From NCBI GenBank assembly GCA_963804645.1, contig CAWDRG010000017.1, positions 256,001 through 320,000 of the forward strand: DNA of 64,000 bases, read 5' to 3'. Below are positions 60,204 to 64,000 of the stretch, one piece after another. Position 1 is the stretch's first letter, and the number at the start of each line of letters is the position of its first letter. The translations under genes and the position numbers were made by a program. This DNA comes from an uncultured Bacillota bacterium (GTDB lineage Bacteria; Sysuimicrobiota; Sysuimicrobiia; Sysuimicrobiales; Segetimicrobiaceae). The notes beneath the pieces are model-generated. The model was not told where the DNA came from. It saw nothing but the letters and a program-made list of their open reading frames with translations, and did not search any database.

Positions 60204-61130
60204 ATGACGTCTGAGAGCGTGCTCCACGGAGCCCCTGCGCACATACCGCGAGCGCGCGGACGCTGGTGGCGGGGACGCGCGTATCTGTTCCTGCTTCCTT
60301 CGCTCGTGTTCCTGGCGTCCTTCACGTACTATCCGGTGCTCCGGACCCTCTACCTGAGCCTGGAACAGATGCGCCCGGCCACGCACCGCCTGGCGTTCGT
60401 CGGACTCGACAACTACACCGCGCTCGCGTCCGACGCGGTATTCGGCCAGGTCGTGAGGAACAGCGCCGAATTTCTTGTCGGCACGGTTCCCGTCACGATG
60501 GCCATCGCGCTCGTGCTGGCGCTCCTACTGTCCCGAACGCACGTGCTCAGCACCGTCTTCCGCACGGCGTTCTTCTACCCCGCCCTGCTCCCGCTCGTCG
60601 GCGCCGCCGCGATCTGGCTGTTCGTCTACGCCCCCGGGTACGGGCTGATCGACGTCTACTTGCGCGGCCTCGTGCCAAGCGGGGTCAACTGGCTCAGCAG
60701 CCCCACGTATGCGCTGCCGGCGGTCATCGTCATGACCGTCTGGAAAAACGCCGGATACTACATGCTCTTTTACCTCGCCGGGCTCCAGACGATCTCGGCC
60801 GAACTGTACGAAGCGGCCCGCCTCGAGGGCGCCTCCGCCTGGCAGCAGTTTCGGACGATCACGTTCCCGCTGCTCGCGCCGACGTCGCTGTTCGTGCTGG
60901 TGATCGCGAGCATCAACGCGTTCCAGTCGGTGGATCAGATCTTCGTCATGACGAGCGGCGGACCGGACAATACGACGAACCTGCTGCTGTTCTACGTCTA
61001 CCAGAACGCGTTCGTATTCTTCGATCTCGGCAAAGCGGCGGCGCTGACTGTGGTCCTGCTTGCGGGGCTGATCGTCATCGCGGCCCTCAGTTTTGGCCTG
61101 CTCGAGCGCCGTATCCACTACGAGGCGTAG
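60204..61130 (+). CDS. carbohydrate ABC permease (UgpA-like)
   Basis: FVGLDNY, FRTAFFYP, LQTISAELYEAARLEGAS, FVMTSGGP. Confidence 0.92.
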   Translation: MTSESVLHGAPAHIPRARGRWWRGRAYLFLLPSLVFLASFTYYPVLRTLYLSLEQMRPATHRLAFVGLDNYTALASDAVFGQVVRNSAEFLVGTVPVTMAIALVLALLLSRTHVLSTVFRTAFFYPALLPLVGAAAIWLFVYAPGYGLIDVYLRGLVPSGVNWLSSPTYALPAVIVMTVWKNAGYYMLFYLAGLQTISAELYEAARLEGASAWQQFRTITFPLLAPTSLFVLVIASINAFQSVDQIFVMTSGGPDNTTNLLLFYVYQNAFVFFDLGKAAALTVVLLAGLIVIAALSFGLLERRIHYEA

Positions 61131-61131
61131 C

Positions 61132-61971
61132 ATGTCGCCGCGCGCACACCGCCGCGTCCTCGTAATCTGCTGGACCCTCGGCGTCTCGGCCATGGCGTTC
61201 ATCTGGGTATTCCCGCTGCTGTGGGTGTTCTCCGCGTCGCTGCGGGCGCCGGGCCAGCTCGGCGGTCAGCTGGCCTCGCTGTGGGTCCAGCATCCAACGC
61301 TCCAAAACTTCTGGGACGCCTGGCACGACGCGCCGTTTCTCCGCCTGTACTACAACACGGCGGTCGTGGTCTTTGGCATCCTCGCGGTGCAGCTGGTCAC
61401 GATCACCCTTGCCGCGTACGCATTCGCGCGCCTCGAGTTCTGGGGGCGAGAAGCGCTGTTCCGGCTGTTCCTGCTCCAGTTGATGGTGGCGCCGTCCGCG
61501 CTCATCCTGCCGAACTTCGAGACGCTTCGAGCGCTCGGGTTGCTGGACACGCGGCTCGGGATCATGGTCCCCTACTTTGCCTCCGCGTTCGGAACGTTTC
61601 TGCTCCGACAGGCGTTCCGGGGAGTGCCGCAGGACTTGGAAGACGCCGCGTCGATTGACGGCTGTACCGCGCTCCAAACGCTCCGACACGTCTTCATCCC
61701 ACTCGCGAAGCCGACGCTCATCGCGTTCTCGATCGTCAGCATCGTGTACCACTACAACGAATTTCTTTGGCCGCTGATCGTCACGAACACCGAACGGGCG
61801 CGAACGGTCACAGTCGGCCTGGCCTCGTTCACCCAGGGCGCGGAATCCGCCGCACAATGGAACCTGATCGCCGCCGGCACCGTGATCGTGATTCTGCCGC
61901 TGCTGGTGGTGTTCATCCTCTTCCAGCGGCGCTTCGTCGAAAGCTTCATGTATTCGGGCCTCAAAGGGTAA
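61132..61971 (+). CDS. carbohydrate ABC permease (UgpE-like)
   Basis: AAYAFARLEF.G, FLLRQAFRGVPQDLEDAASIDG, FQRRFVESF..SGLKG. Confidence 0.92.
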   Translation: MSPRAHRRVLVICWTLGVSAMAFIWVFPLLWVFSASLRAPGQLGGQLASLWVQHPTLQNFWDAWHDAPFLRLYYNTAVVVFGILAVQLVTITLAAYAFARLEFWGREALFRLFLLQLMVAPSALILPNFETLRALGLLDTRLGIMVPYFASAFGTFLLRQAFRGVPQDLEDAASIDGCTALQTLRHVFIPLAKPTLIAFSIVSIVYHYNEFLWPLIVTNTERARTVTVGLASFTQGAESAAQWNLIAAGTVIVILPLLVVFILFQRRFVESFMYSGLKG

Positions 61972-62046
61972 CGCACCCACCGGATCACGCCGGCGTTTCC
62001 CGCAACGGTTGCCGGGCGCGCGGCCCACCACCCCGGTCCAATCGGG

Positions 62047-63033
62047 CTAGCGCCGATCGAGCGCGCCTGGGTTCACGAGCGTCGGTGGCCGCTTGCCGGT
62101 CACCCCGGCAAGGCAGTTCTCCGCGGCCAACTCAGCCATCTTGATCCGCGTCGAGATGCTCGCGCTCCCGAGATGCGGCGGCAGCACGACATTGTCCAAC
62201 TTCAGGAGCGGCTCGTCGGACGGCACCGGCTCGACCTCGAGCACGTCCAACCCCGCCGCCCAAATCTGCTTGTCAACGAGCGCACGGTACAAGGCCCGTT
62301 GATCGACGAGCGGACCGCGCGCGATGTTCACGAGCACGGCCGTCGGCTTCATCAGCTTCAACTCCCGCTCGCCGATCAGATGCCTGGTTTTCGGGGTGAG
62401 CGCGGTCGACAGCACCACGAAGTCGCTCCGCCGCAGTAGATCGTCGAGCGAAAGATACACCGCTTCCAGCTCACGCTCGAGTACTTCGTTCCGCTTCAGA
62501 TCATGGTAAACCAGCGGCATGTCGAACCCCTTGCTCCGGCGCGCGATCGTCGATCCGATCCGACCCAACCCGACGATGCCCAGCGTGGCGCCGTGCACGT
62601 CCTGACCTGTCAACCCCATAATCTCCCACGTCTTCCATTGGCCCGAGCGCGTAAACTTGTCGCCCTCGACGACCCGCCGCGCGGTCGCCATCAAGATGGC
62701 CCACGCCATGTCGGCGGTCGTCTCCGTGAGCACGTCCGGCGTGTTCGTGACAAGGATCCCTCGCTTCGTGGCTGTCTCGACGTCGATGTTGTCGTAGCCC
62801 ACCGCGACCTGTGAGATAATCCGGCACTGCCGCGCCCGTTCGATCGCCTCGGCATCCATCTTGTCCGTTAGGAGGCAGATGATCCCGTCGACGTCGGCGA
62901 CCTCACGCAGCAGCGTGTCCCGAGGCACAGGCACATCCTCTCGTTCCCACGTTCGATACTCTACCGCGCCCTCCAGCTTCTTCATGGCAGACACTGGTAG
63001 CGGTCGCGTGATGTAAACCCTTGGGGTCGACAC
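62047..63033 (-). CDS. D-2-hydroxyacid dehydrogenase (glyoxylate reductase/D-glycerate dehydrogenase-like)
   Basis: AVGYDNID, NTPDVLTETTAD, GLGRIG, NIARG, GLDVLEVEP, PHLGSAS; start trimmed to GTG 63033. Confidence 0.92.
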   Translation of the reverse strand: MSTPRVYITRPLPVSAMKKLEGAVEYRTWEREDVPVPRDTLLREVADVDGIICLLTDKMDAEAIERARQCRIISQVAVGYDNIDVETATKRGILVTNTPDVLTETTADMAWAILMATARRVVEGDKFTRSGQWKTWEIMGLTGQDVHGATLGIVGLGRIGSTIARRSKGFDMPLVYHDLKRNEVLERELEAVYLSLDDLLRRSDFVVLSTALTPKTRHLIGERELKLMKPTAVLVNIARGPLVDQRALYRALVDKQIWAAGLDVLEVEPVPSDEPLLKLDNVVLPPHLGSASISTRIKMAELAAENCLAGVTGKRPPTLVNPGALDRR

Positions 63034-63247
63034 AGCACACCCTCCCGTCCCGATAGTTTCCGGCGCTGCTCCAGGTACAAGCGTAATCCCGCGCGGCTGG
63101 CCGGGGGAATCCGTCGAGGGCCCTATTGGGGAACACATCTGAGATGGGCGGCGACGAACCGCGACGACGTTTGCGGTTCGAAGGCCGGTGCGGCGTCGGA
63201 CCGGTCCTGTCCCGCGGAAGCGAAGTCAACCCCGCGCAAACTTGTAG

Positions 63248-63256
63248 TGCTATAAT
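63248..63256 (+). promoter_or_regulatory. extended -10 promoter of the tRNA
   Basis: TGcTATAAT, 7 nt upstream of the tRNA. Confidence 0.7.
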
Positions 63257-63263
63257 CGCGTCG

Positions 63264-63337
63264 GGGCCCGTAGCTCAAGGGTAGAGCATCCGGCTCATAA
63301 CCGGCGGATCCAGGTTCGAGACCTGGCGGGCCCACCA
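63264..63337 (+). tRNA. tRNA with CAT anticodon, probably Ile2 (lysidine-modified)
   Basis: GGGCCCGTAGCTCAAGGGTAGAGCATCCGGCT-CAT-AACCGGCGGATCCAGGTTCGAGACCTGGCGGGCCCACCA; paired G1-C72 and no triple G-C anticodon stem (not fMet); C4-G69/C5-G68 TilS determinants. Confidence 0.9.
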
Positions 63338-63760
63338 GTGTGAAGAATTCGAACCGCCCTCCGATGACGCCCTGTTGTGTGGTGGCGCGTCGAGCAGGGC
63401 GAGCGTGTTGAGCGACGTTCGCGCTGTGTAGCAGGGACGGCCCAATGTCGCCGTGCGTGGGGACCAAACGGACTGGGGCTGAGTAGGTTCCTCAGCAGTA
63501 AGGGCACCTGACGCGGCGGCTGTTCGGGGCGATCGTGCAGCGGCTTAGGATGCTGCCGGGGCCCGCGGGATAGCAGCCCGCGATCGTGGCGGCCAACGAG
63601 GGCGAGAGAGAGGCCCGGGGGACGTGTCTGAGAAATCGGTTGCCAGCGTAACCATGCTCGAGGTTAGGGGTTTCGGACGGGCCCGAACAGCCTTTCATGG
63701 GACCGTCGGTCACACTCGTCCCCGAAGAGCGAGATGGACTTCTTCAACAGAAGATCCTAA

Positions 63761-64000
<240 letters not shown>

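Noticed and set aside
63264..63337. Initiator tRNA-fMet
   Set aside because: Position 1-72 is paired and the three consecutive G-C anticodon-stem pairs are absent

Overview
High-GC (roughly 65-70% by eye) bacterial chromosomal window dominated by organic-compound uptake and catabolism. Left part (1-40.7 kb): an M20 peptidase, a form I aerobic CO dehydrogenase operon (coxM[frameshifted]-S-L-G, xdhC/coxF-YHS, acyl-CoA thioesterase) under a perfect sigma70 promoter, many ABC solute-binding proteins, a GntR locus with a repeated palindromic operator, four ThDP enzymes, an orphan Mo-hydroxylase large subunit, LLM oxidoreductases, MmgE/PrpD, an RraA-like aldolase, a GMC dehydrogenase pair and a triple-RidA protein. 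Middle part (about 40.7-56.8 kb): an accessory region next to tRNA-Val(TAC) with gene fragments, a decayed ISL3, and an intact two-gene element. That element has no DDE/HUH motif or terminal inverted repeats; it encodes a Rep_trans-like (YEK...R.E) wHTH protein and is bounded by AATCTA direct repeats, so it is a candidate rolling-circle transposon. The region also carries a duplicated tRNA-Val 5' part plus promoter. Right part (56.9-64 kb): ireB/reoM directly upstream of murA, a Ugp-like ABC system, a 2-hydroxyacid dehydrogenase, tRNA-Ile2(CAT) and the start of a Baeyer-Villiger monooxygenase. No CRISPR array or rRNA was seen. All family assignments come from motif recognition by eye, not from database searches.
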